A stretch of DNA of 42,220 bases from Octopus bimaculoides (taxonomy: Eukaryota), in contig NC_068984.1 of assembly GCF_001194135.2 (NCBI RefSeq), forward strand, positions 107,665,966 to 107,708,185. Direction: 5' to 3'. The notes beneath the pieces were generated by a model that made no database searches, was not told the DNA's origin, and was given only the letters and a program-made list of their open reading frames with translations. Numbering within the stretch: the stretch's first letter is position 1; each line of letters starts with the position of its first letter. The position numbers and the translations under genes were made by a program. Positions 11,790-23,295 of the stretch are shown here, piece after piece.

Positions 11790-12475
11790 CATATATTATT
11801 TATTATTTAATTGAACGCGACGCATCCATTTCCAAGTAAGTTTATCATCACCTTTTTGATGCAACTCTCTAGTCTGTACTGTTTTCTTCCACCATCATAT
11901 TCCCCCTCCCTCCTCCACCGTTTTCTATCTGTCTCNNNNNNNNNNNNNNNNNNNNNNNNNNNNNNNNNNNNNNNNNNNNNNNNNNNNNNNNNNNNNNNNN
12001 NNNNNNNNNNNNNNNNNNNNNNNNNNNNNNNNNNNNNNNNNNNNNNNNNNNNNNNNNNNNNNNNNNNNNNNNNNNNNNNNNNNNNNNNNNNNNNNNNNNN
12101 NNNNNNNNNNNNNNNNNNNNNNNNNNNNNNNNNNNNNNNNNNNNNNNNNNNNNNNNNNNNNNNNNNNNNNNNNNNNNNNNNNNNNNNNNNNNNNNNNNNN
12201 NNNNNNNNNNNNNNNNNNNNNNNNNNNNNNNNNNNNNNNNNNNNNNNNNNNNNNNNNNNNNNNNNNNNNNNNNNNNNNNNNNNNNNNNNNNNNNNNNNNN
12301 NNNNNNNNNNNNNNNNNNNNNNNNNNNNNNNNNNNNNNNNNNNNNNNNNNNNNNNNNNNNNNNNNNNNNNNNNNNNNNNNNNNNNNNNNNNNNNNNNNNN
12401 NNNNNNNNNNNNNNNNNNNNNNNNNNNNNNNNNNNNNNNNNNNNNNNNNNNNNNNATATATATATATATATATAT

Positions 12476-12749
12476 AAAGGAATACAAAAAATGGGACAAA
12501 AGCGCAAAACATAGACAGATGATACAAAATAGGGACAACAAAACATCCAGACAGATGATACAAAAAAGGGACAAAAAAAAAGAAGGACGGATCATTCGAA
12601 GTTTTCTTTCCTCGGTCGAGTTCCAGATTATCTTTGCAATTTCGGATGGTTATACTCGAATGACCCGTCCTTGTTTTTTCTTGTCGCTTTTTTGTATCAT
12701 CTAACTGTCTGGATGTTTTGTGTTCTTGTCCCATTTTTTGCATTCCTTT
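12476..12749. repeat. Asymmetric inverted repeat
   Basis: 12476-12599 is complementary to 12656-12749, with a 56-bp spacer; the left arm carries an extra internal duplicated block. Confidence 0.85.
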
Positions 12750-12796
12750 TAATATACATTTGGCGGCGTACGTACTCTTTGGTCTCTTATATGTAA

Positions 12797-12834
<38 letters not shown>

Positions 12835-13798
12835 TTTGTACGAATCTCTTATTCTTTCATTCTTCCTTTCTTTCTATCAGCTCCTTTACACTTACTTCGT
12901 TCTTTCTATTCTTCATTCTTTCGTTCCACCTCTCTCACATTTCCTGGCTTCCTCTTCATTCTCACCTTCCTTCCTCTTTAACTTCACTCTGTCCCTTTTG
13001 TTTCTTCGTGTCCCTCCCTAATTCTTCTATCCTTCTGCCTCTACCTCTCTCCTCTCTCCTCTCTCCTCTCTCCTCTCTCCTCTCTCCNNNNNNNNNNNNN
13101 NNNNNNNNNNNNNNNNNNNNNNNNNNNNNNNNNNNNNNNNNNNNNNNNNNNNNNNNNNNNNNNNNNNNNNNNNNNNNNNNNNNNNNNNNNNNNNNNNNNN
13201 NNNNNNNNNNNNNNNNNNNNNNNNNNNNNNNNNNNNNNNNNNNNNNNNNNNNNNNNNNNNNNNNNNNNNNNNNNNNNNNNNNNNNNNNNNNNNNNNNNNN
13301 NNNNNNNNNNNNNNNNNNNNNNNNNNNNNNNNNNNNNNNNNNNNNNNNNNNNNNNNNNNNNNNNNNNNNNNNNNNNNNNNNNNNNNNNNNNNNNNNNNNN
13401 NNNNNNNNNNNNNNNNNNNNNNNNNNNNNNNNNNNNNNNNNNNNNNNNNNNNNNNNNNNNNNNNNNNNNNNNNNNNNNNNNNNNNNNNNNNNNNNNNNNN
13501 NNNNNNNNNNNNNNNNNNNNNNNNNNNNNNNNNNNNNNNNNNNNNNNNNNNNNNNNNNNNNNNNNNNNNNNNNNNNNNNNNNNNNNNNNNNNNNNNNNNN
13601 NNNNNNNNNNNNNNNNNNNNNNNNNNNNNNNNNNNNNNNNNNNNNNNNNNNNNNNNNNNNNNNNNNNNNNNNNNNNNNNNNNNNNNNNNNNNNNNNNNNN
13701 NNNNNNNNNNNNNNNNNNNNNNNNNNNNNNNNNNNNNNNNNNNNNNNNNNNNNNNNNNNNNNNNNNNNNNNTGCGTGTGTGTGTGCGTGTGTGTGTAT

Positions 13799-13834
<36 letters not shown>

Positions 13835-14533
13835 CTAAATATATATAGACAAGGATGAAGAAGCCAAAGCTTCGAAGTAATTGCCAACTATTTTGTTGTA
13901 AAATAAATATGTACTCCATTAAAAAGTCTAATGCAGTCCTTCAGTTTAATGCTAAATTGTTTTTTAAGTGTAACTTGGCATGAACGCAAACCACCCAAGC
14001 ATGTCATCACATCTGATGGGTCCTGCAGTTCTGTCGTACTATTTTTTTTTACAAAAGGCTTCACTTGACCTAATTAAGGAGTCGTAATATCACATTTGGA
14101 ATCATGTAATTCCTAACCCCACTCTTAGTCCATAAATATGCTACAATATATTATCAATATCAACTACATTGTCAACAAGGCAACAGAAAAGTATTAAGAT
14201 CAAAAACAACAATATTAAATTCATAAAATCAAAAATCATAGAATCAAAAATTATATAAATATGTCATAAAAGCAAGAAATAATTCTAAATTGCCCAAATT
14301 TCTGTAGTCTGTGACTCTTTTATACAAAACTATAATAAACATCTCGCTTGTCTGACAAATCATTCTGGACTGTAAATTACGCTAAAACATCTGCCATTGT
14401 TAACTCAGAAGCTTATTCGTTGACTGTAAAACACTGCCAATAAAACTGACAGGTTTTAAATTTTATTAAGGAATAAAACCTTTTTTTTTTCTGTGATACG
14501 TTCTCTAACTCACTGTCTCTTCTTTTCGCTATA

Positions 14534-14535
<2 letters not shown>

Positions 14536-14593
<58 letters not shown>
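14536..14593. repeat. (CT)n microsatellite
   Basis: Read directly from sequence. Confidence 0.95.
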
Positions 14594-14596
<3 letters not shown>

Positions 14597-15540
14597 CTCT
14601 CTCTTTGTAAAAATGAACTACAGGAAATTACTGCAACTAACACACGTTAAAAACGCTCCTATAAAATATCACATGACCACTCTATCACCAACCAGAAGAA
14701 TACACGAATAAAATGCCCTCTTTAATGCCAGTGATAATAGTAAAGGTTACGCCTGCAAGTTCTTATAAAATAGATGTAGAGAAGGTTATATATGTAACAG
14801 ATGACGTCTGAATATCGCCTAAGTTATGCCATATGTGTATAAAAATATACGCTGGACAGAATGAATAGTGCTTCCCAATTTTTATATTGTAACAACTAAA
14901 ACAAGTAAAAAAAGGTTAAAGAATAAAGAATAAGCACCGGGTATGATTTGTCAATATATTAATTGGACAGGCACATGATGTTGTTTTTTGTGTAAAGTAC
15001 ACAAATAACAGCTAATTTAGTTCGCACAGTAACAAAAGTAGAATGTTGCAGAGAAAAAAGCAGATCGCGTAAAAATATATTTGCTCAACTTGTAATGGAA
15101 ACAAGTAAAGCACACAGATTTAGTAGCAAAAATAAATAAATAAATAAATAAAAATTTCATTCGGAATTTGTTCTGATAACAGTTGATATTGATCAGCGTT
15201 TACATTATATTTCAAATATTGCCAGAACGAAGAATTATAGTTCAAACAATGCGGAATAGTGAAAATAAATGTCCATGCCAAAACATGAGCAATTGGTCTC
15301 TCGCTGATAAATTCTTGATCCCACTCAATTATGGCAATTGTGAATGACACGTAAAATAGTTTCAAATGAGGTGACTCTGCACTTACTGCAATGATCTGAA
15401 ACTTAATTTCCTAAAAGCTACTGATAAAACATATGTATCGACGCTACTTCTGCAAAACGTTCTATAGACTGAGAGCGTTGAAACTTCATCAATACCTAAT
15501 AAAAAAAAGATAAATAAGCTATAGAGAACCAGGCCATAGC

Positions 15541-16190
15541 TTACTTGAATAACTGAAACAATTTGAGAATTTTGTATACTCCATGTCGAAAATCTCTTTT
15601 AAAATATGCATTGTTAAAATCATTAGTTGTCACGTTTTTCACTTGAACATATAGTACAATGTTAATCCTGAAATACATGAAAACCTTACAACTTAGCGTG
15701 AATTTTACAATCTTCCAGTTGTCAATGTATGTCATTCGTTTAGAAATAGCAATGGTTATAGTAAGCGAGAGTCGTGTACTCTTCTTTTCATATAAATTCC
15801 GAAAACGATTTAATTCAGGTGCTCTTGGTACCACAAAATATTTTTCGAGTTCTTTCATAACATTAACATTATTCGGTAAGTGATAAAATTCCATGCTTTT
15901 CAATAGCACTAGAAATATCTATTATATCTCTCAAGCTCTACATCCCATTTTCTAGAGTATTTAGTGTGGTGGTTAGTCATATATTTTACTTATTTTACAC
16001 AATGTGCGGTAGATTGCATTTGTACACAAGAATTAAAAATGTCAGTTTTCAAAACTCACCAATAAAATTCCTTTTCTCTTGTTGCCGTTTCTACTGTCTT
16101 CCTAGTCCGAAAAGCAATCCTCCACTAAACATTTTATTAAATTCTTACTCCTGAAAATTTCAATGTCAATGATCTCATTCCGTTTACACG
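15541..16190 (-). mobile_element. Degenerate Penelope-like RT fragment
   Basis: KGILLVSFEN*HF*FLCTNAIYRTLCKISKIYD*PP resembles ..SLDVESLFTNVP.; downstream RAPELNRFRNLYEKK..TIAISKRMTYIDN parallels 18486-20270. Confidence 0.55.
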
Positions 16191-16193
16191 TTC

Positions 16194-16492
16194 TTTTAGA
16201 TTGTTTACGAAAGCGCAAGCACATAAGTTGGTTTTGTTTGGTTCCAACTCATCTCAGCTGGAGCGGACTTATGACCAAAGGTATTCCACCCGTGACCTTA
16301 ACGTATTTTATGTCAGCATAGTGCATCATGAGGTAAATTAATTTAAATGTTAGCAAGGTTTGATTTGAGCAAAATTTGCTTGGTATTTCTGGTACTTCGA
16401 ATAACTATAAAGAGAATACGATTTCTCATAAGTGATACGGAGATTCGTGATAGGTTGGCGTTGAGAAAAATCGCGTCTCCTAAATTATAATC
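16194..16492. repeat. ~295-bp direct repeat, copy 1
   Basis: Colinear with 18100-18394, roughly 90% identical by eye. Confidence 0.9.
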
Positions 16493-16993
16493 AACCATGA
16501 CCACATCACTTCTCTCGAAAAACCAACAATAATCATAGCAACTGTACTTCTAAAGATGAATATTAACAATATGGCCGAAGACGGGCCAAAACTATTTTTA
16601 CATGATCATCAAGAATCCTAAACATAACCAATATTGCCCAATGTTCACACATCAATGAAATCACTACGCAATAAAAGAAATGTCGAGTTCTATGTCTATA
16701 TACACTTCCACACAATATAAAGAAATCATTTGACACGTTTCTGAATAATTTGACTTCGCAAATGGCTGATAATAATCTGTTGCATGATTAACATCTACAA
16801 ATATTATTTAGTGACATTTGAATTCTTGGTTCCATTGATTAATTACATTTAGCTACATTAAACTGACATGTTTCATAATATATATTCTCTGCCGCTGCTG
16901 TTACTGATGCTGCTGCCTTCTTTTATAGTAGAATCTTGCATTAATCAATATATTCACGTTTCTATGTGTATATGTCAGGATTCATGATATGTA

Positions 16994-17042
<49 letters not shown>

Positions 17043-17155
17043 TCTCTGAGCGAGATATAAACAGTAGCAATACGGAATCGTAACATATAATTGCTAACCA
17101 AGTGTGGTGTCCTATGCTACTGACGTTTATAGCCCCAGGAATACATCTCTTCCAG

Positions 17156-17230
17156 CTAGCTAACGACGGGTAACGCTGAGGACGCGTAGCCACCCAGAAA
17201 CTCAAGTCCGTATGTACCACGTAAGGCTAG
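17156..17230 (+). ncRNA. Type I hammerhead ribozyme-like motif, partly decayed stem II
   Basis: CTGAGGA at 17176-17182, GAAA at 17197-17200, stem III A-C/[TCAA]/G-T, GTC cleavage triplet at 17206-17208, and a bulged extended stem I. Confidence 0.7.
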
Positions 17231-17343
17231 AGATGGGAGCGATGGTCCCCCCACCCCCTACCAAATACTAATCGGACACACAATATGTAAACTGACTGTT
17301 TGAAGAAGACTTCAAAAGTAACTAGCAGGGACTTATCTTGAAA

Positions 17344-17692
17344 ATGGACAAAATCTGGCATCGTGGTGTTATCAAATACCTCCAGAAAAACGGCTTAGCC
17401 CCTAAGGACGTTCATGCTGACATGCTTGCTACATTAGATGACGGTCCAGCTTTATCAGCAGCGCAAAAGTGGACAGATAAATTTAAGAGGGAAAGGGAGA
17501 CTCTTGAAGATGACTCAAGGTTTGGACGTCCTGAAATTGCCATCATCGAGGGATAACAGGCGATTGACTATAAATCAAATAGCCAATACTATTAGCATAC
17601 CGTATGAGAGCGTTGAGGATATTCTGCACAATGAACTTAGCATGACGAAGATCTCTGTTCGGTGGGTCCCACGTCTTCTGACACCTGATCAA
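17344..17692 (+). mobile_element. mariner transposase N-terminal remnant, internally deleted
   Basis: MDKIWHRGVIKYL..KW..KFKR.RETLEDD.R.GRP; DNRRLTINQIA..ILHNELSMTKISVRWVPRLLT (WVPxxL motif). Confidence 0.85.
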
Positions 17693-18099
17693 CAGCTGAT
17701 CAACCAGGCTGTCTTTGTCTCTACTTGCAATAAAGCGATTAATTAGAAAATGAGATATATATTAACCTTTTTTCAGTACAACTTACTCAGGTATGTATTT
17801 ATCTTCAATAAATCGATGTCTCAGTCTAGTAATCATTGAGTGTTCACTTCGGCAGAGATTGTAATTTTTCGACGTTCCGCTTCACTGCATGAACATATAT
17901 TTAATTTTGTTACTGCGTATAATTAATTTTCTATGTTATGGGTGGGGGGAGTCAAGTTCTCGCCTCATACACAATCATCTTTGGTGTAGAGGTGTTAATA
18001 TACTGTTTAAGCTTCTGTGTTTGTGAGAAGCTGGCTGAATCAAGAAATAGGAAGAACCGATAGGCTTCTGTCAGTATTTAGTTTGTGTTAATTTTTAGA

Positions 18100-18394
18100 T
18101 TTTAGATTGTTTACGAAAGCGCAAACACATAAGTTGGTTTTGTTTGGATCCAACCTATCTCAGCTGTAGTGGCCTTATGACTGTATTCCACCCGTGACCA
18201 TCATGTGTTTTATGTCATCATAGTGCATCATGGGGTAAATTAATTTAAATGTTAGCAAGGTCCGACTTGAGAAGAATTTGCTTGGTATTTTTGGTACTTC
18301 GAATAACTAAAGAGAGAATATGATTTCTCATAAGTAATACGGAGTTTCGTGATAGGTTGGCGTTGAGAAAATTCGCGTCTCCTAAATTACAATC
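18100..18394. repeat. ~295-bp direct repeat, copy 2
   Basis: Colinear with 16194-16492. Confidence 0.9.
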
Positions 18395-18485
18395 GTTTAA
18401 TAATGAGTGACAAGTTCCTGTCATTATATTCCGGATATGCTTATGCTGTAAAATGGAAATATGAAAAATTATTCATTTATTTTAT

Positions 18486-20270
18486 TTAAAGTAATTGCTT
18501 CTGAAATTTATTAAATTTTTTCTTAATTAAATATCTTTTGTGAACGTATGTCTGAACGAACTTATTGAATATTGCCAATCTCTCATCACTGGTAATTAAT
18601 TTTAAATTTGGTTTGTATAGGATTTCTTTTTTAATTTTGGTTTCTATTTGATTATTTATTTTTGTTTTTGTTTTTATGTGGTGTTCTGCAATATTCTTCG
18701 AAATGGATTTATTGAATAATACTAGTGCCATATCACTGCTAATTATTTGTTTATTAAGAACACTTATAAGATATTTAGTAATGATCTTTCCTTGACTATT
18801 GTTAATTTTAATGATTGCTTTTAGTAATTTGATCGAATTATTTCTGTTTAGTTTTGTTTTACGTGTCTCACATAAATCAATAGATTCCATTGATTAAACA
18901 GAATGGCTTAACAAGTTCTTTCTGAAGTTATATAAACCTTGGCTTTAATGGTTGTGTAATTTATATGTAATAAAATATCTACCATGCGATCATATTTATA
19001 AGTCTTCCCGTCAGTAATATATATGCCAGGTGTTCATATTTAAAAGTATTTCTTTCAGAACTATATTTGTCTTGTGAATGTATCTATTTTAAAAGCCTTA
19101 CTATCTATATGGCAGAGAAATGATGTAACTATTTTTGGTAAAAACCTTTATGAGTGAAGCAGTGTGTATATGTTTTAATTCACCCGTGTCACTCACATTC
19201 TCTTGTTGCTTCACTTTCTTGTTGCTGCTCCTTAACCTCAGGTCAGTCTTTGTTGAACCTTTGATCAAACACATCCCGACTATAAACATTCAGTAGTTTT
19301 GTTCATGTATAATGTACTCTGAACTATATTATTTTTCAGGACGTTATGGTTATTGCTTGGGGTAGATATGATTACTATTTCTGAAAAACTAGCGACCAGG
19401 AAGACTACTTATTTGGCTCATATTCATTTTACTAGAGGCATAAGCAATGTGCTTGATGATAAAATGATAAAGCTATTTGCTAATTCGGATATTTAGTATT
19501 CTAGACCTTTCGAATATTAGTTTTGTATAATGAATATTAAATGAAAGGCTAATTACCAATAGTACTAATTATAGATTATTTATCTCTAAATGAGGTTCCA
19601 TTATAATCGTTGAAATACATCCTTCGAGGTTAGGTTCTTACATGGGTCAAAGTTGTGAGGTTATCGCTAGAAACTTTTCATTTAAATCTAAAATGTGAGG
19701 GTTTGTAATTAATTCTGGATTCATGCGTTCATTTAAGGATCCCAAGAGCCTCTAGTTTGTGTAGAAAATGCTTTATTTATCATGTGATTCAGCATCTTAG
19801 TCTCCAAATGAATTATGTAACAGCTAGCAATAATGAGACTTAAAAGGAGATCGATCGATACTTGTGCGGTTTTTATAGGATTTTATTCCGTGAACGATGT
19901 CAATGGAAGCAGATCAGTAATTTTCTGAAGACACTGGGGAGTAAAATAAGAAATTTTGTCATATTATGTCTGTGACGGTTTACACTAGAACGCTTGTAAA
20001 TAATATTTCAGCGTCAACGTTCTTAGAAATCACCGGATTGACTGATTTTTAAGAATTTCTGAAAATTTGTATGAAGTGTTAATCTCTAATTAGTTATGTT
20101 GTATGTTTTGCTTAACTTATTTAGTTTCTTTTTACATTCTGTGTTGTATGTGGTATCAAAGAAATTCGTGGTCTGTCTGTTTTGACAAGACCATCAATGC
20201 AATATGGTGAAAATTCTCCCGTAGTTTCCGGATGCTTCAATTTCCGCTTTATAACAGCTAATCTGACATT
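18486..20270 (-). mobile_element. Degenerate Penelope-like element (RT plus probable GIY-YIG region)
   Basis: GEFSPYCIDGLVKTDRPRIS resembles ..PGYIYGNPK.HK..RPIIS; DAEILFTSVLV resembles DVESLFTNVPV; RSP/LSLIIASCYIIHLETKML resembles GSPLG..FAN.YM..LE; C-terminal EHHIK..DERLAI. Many stops and frameshifts. Confidence 0.65.
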
Positions 20271-20317
20271 TTACTTTAGTACAGAAAGTGTATTACACTC
20301 GCAGTTACGCACAAACA

Positions 20318-20356
<39 letters not shown>

Positions 20357-20429
20357 AAAAACACGCACACACACACACATACACACACACACACACACAA
20401 AAGAATACGCGCACACACACTCACATATT

Positions 20430-21062
20430 CACAAAACTACTCGAATTTTGATTTTCGAAATAATCAGAGGTCCCTCTGAAATTCGGGAGAAACATCCCAA
20501 CTCCTGTAAGTGACATTTTCTGAATAAATCCACTGAACTCTATGTTATTAAATACTTAAAATTCGCTACTCATATATATATATATATATAATTTAAAGTG
20601 TTCTCCTCTGTCAGATTTATGGTTTACTGACCATACGAAATCATTGAAAAAAATATTAACCAACGCAAGACTATATTCATTAACAATGGAACCAAAAGTG
20701 AAAAAATGCGGTCGGCCTAACTGTGGCACATGCCCCCACCTTTTGAAGGGTATAGATTTCCACTTTAAACTAGGTGAAATATTTAAGATTGAATCAAATT
20801 TCACCTTTGCCTCCGAAAAACTCATCTATGCCATTACTTGCTTAGGATGCGGTAATCAATATATTGGCCAAACAGGAATATTACTCCGTCGAAGAATCAT
20901 CCTTCACAAAGAACAAATCCGCCACCCACAATAAAGACAGATACAGACTTGCAAATTTTCCCCTTCTATCAATGTTCACACAACACCTCAGTACAGCAAA
21001 GGATGAACAAAGAGGCAACATTCATCTATAAATTCTACCCACAACTTAACATGAACACATAA
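20430..21062 (+). mobile_element. Penelope-like GIY-YIG endonuclease C-terminal fragment
   Basis: KCGRPNCGTCPHL linker, then LIYAITCLGCGNQYIGQTG..RRRIILHKEQI, then RMNKEATFIYKFYPQLN. Confidence 0.8.
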
Positions 21063-22144
21063 CATAATACAGAACACTACTAACCTTACGAATAATACCA
21101 CTAACTCTCATACATTCATACACCATTCTTATTACAGTATTATATCTACCCTAACTGCACCACATCCAGAACTGCTTACCTCTCTTACACATAATCTTTT
21201 TACTCAGGGACTAGTAGACCCAATACCGTTTGATAATCGGTGCGCATTCAAAGCTAGTAAACAGTAATTGAGGAAACCGGTATGACTTTGAATCCCTTTA
21301 ACAATTCACAATAATGATTTTTATTCCTCTTAATTCTACCTCAGTTCATCTAATTGTATATATTTATCGTTACTTTTCATAAAAAAAGCCTTTTTTACAT
21401 CCAATGTGCATTTTCGCTTTTTTTTCTTATTACTTTACCTATACCTCTTCCACGTGTAGTTTCTATTTTCTTTTTGAAACATATTTCTCTCTTATATATA
21501 TATNNNNNNNNNNNNNNNNNNNNNNNNNNNNNNNNNNNNNNNNNNNNNNNNNNNNNNNNNNNNNNNNNNNNNNNNNNNNNNNNNNNNNNNNNNNNNNNNN
21601 NNNNNNNNNNNNNNNNNNNNNNNNNNNNNNNNNNNNNNNNNNNNNNNNNNNNNNNNNNNNNNNNNNNNNNNNNNNNNNNNNNNNNNNNNNNNNNNNNNNN
21701 NNNNNNNNNNNNNNNNNNNNNNNNNNNNNNNNNNNNNNNNNNNNNNNNNNNNNNNNNNNNNNNNNNNNNNNNNNNNNNNNNNNNNNNNNNNNNNNNNNNN
21801 NNNNNNNNNNNNNNNNNNNNNNNNNNNNNNNNNNNNNNNNNNNNNNNNNNNNNNNNNNNNNNNNNNNNNNNNNNNNNNNNNNNNNNNNNNNNNNNNNNNN
21901 NNNNNNNNNNNNNNNNNNNNNNNNNNNNNNNNNNNNNNNNNNNNNNNNNNNNNNNNNNNNNNNNNNNNNNNNNNNNNNNNNNNNNNNNNNNNNNNNNNNN
22001 NNNNNNNNNNNNNNNNNNNNNNNNNNNNNNNNNNNNNNNNNNNNNNNNNNNNNNNNNNNNNNNNNNNNNNNNNNNNNNNATACATACATATATATATACA
22101 TACATATATATACGTATATATATTATGTATGTATTCATATATAC

Positions 22145-22178
<34 letters not shown>

Positions 22179-22194
22179 CTGTGTTTGTGGGCTT

Positions 22195-22229
22195 AGTTTC
22201 AGTCATTCGACTGCAGCCATGCTGGGGCA
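22195..22229 (-). mobile_element. SINE type B tail fragment
   Basis: Reverse complement CCCCAGCATGGCTGCAGTCGAATGACTGAAAC. Confidence 0.6.
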
Positions 22230-22988
22230 ATTAATTCTTTTATTCTTTGAATAACTATTTGATAGTAATAAATGTGTATGAGAATACAGAGATAAGCTGA
22301 CAGATTAAACTATTTTGAGAAAATGTTCAAAGATTGCATATTTATATATGTGAGTTTATTTTTCGTTTCATTCAAAGTACGAATTCTTTGCCGGGTTTCT
22401 TAATTTCCTAACACAAATACATTTCATACTCAACTCGAGTATCTGTAAGTCCATGTATGCAGTGAAGGAATTACACACACGCATGCACACACACACTGAA
22501 ACATACACACACACAAATATCTAAACGGACAGTCTAAAATATGTGAAGTGTTGTGCATTTTGTTTGTACGCGTATGATTGTAATGTAAAGAACCACAAGT
22601 AGGTTAGTAATATATAGAAGCAAGACGAATGGAGATATATTTAAATCGTGGGTACACTTGTAGTGACAGAATATGCGTCCTCACATATGACAGTGCAGCT
22701 GTCTCGTATACATATTCCTATATTCCTGTCCAAATGAAAGACAGATGGTGTCTTACCCATTAGGTTTTTGTACTAAATAATGTTAAAAAGTTTACTGATG
22801 TCACGTGCAACAATACTGCATTTCCTGAATTTCTCAAGAATGAGAGACCATTGATGTATGACGCAGGATGGGTATTCGACATTTGATCTAACTAACAGGA
22901 AAGCACTTATTCTCCTTCGTCAGTCGTCTCAATTTTTTTCTGATCTTCTTCCTTTCGCGTTCTGCAAATTTCCAAGCGTTTTTATTGA

Positions 22989-23022
<34 letters not shown>

Positions 23023-23109
23023 TTACTTTGACTACTGTCCTTCTGCTAGCATCCGTTTCCTTCTCGTTTCATCCTCTTCCCTTCGCTTCTTCTTCACAAT
23101 TTATTCTTT

Positions 23110-23295
23110 GCTGTTAATGCCTTGCAATATCCATTCTGGCTCTTTAGATTCTGAGTTCGAATCCCACCGAGTTCAACTTTGCCATTTATCCTTCCAAGAT
23201 CTATAAAATAAAAAAAAATCACTTAAATTGTGGGCTCGATTTAATGGCCTAACGTCTTCCCTTCTCAAACTTTTCACTCTTGTACGTATCATGAG
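23110..23295 (+). mobile_element. Old SINE type C remnant
   Basis: TTCTGAGTTCGAATCCCACCGAGTTCAACTTTGCCATTTATCCTT matches the type C core. Confidence 0.55.

Noticed and set aside
12585-12625. Hammerhead-like CCGAGGA-AAGAAAACTT-CGAAT on the minus strand
   Set aside because: Two core positions deviate and no stem I partner was found.
16194-18394. LTR pair of an LTR retrotransposon
   Set aside because: Homology does not start at TG, the second copy does not end in CA, and there is no PBS, PPT, TSD or gag/pol between the copies.
18486-18890. Stand-alone 134-aa Lys/Ile-rich protein
   Set aside because: An AT-rich open frame at the decayed C-terminal end of the Penelope-like element.
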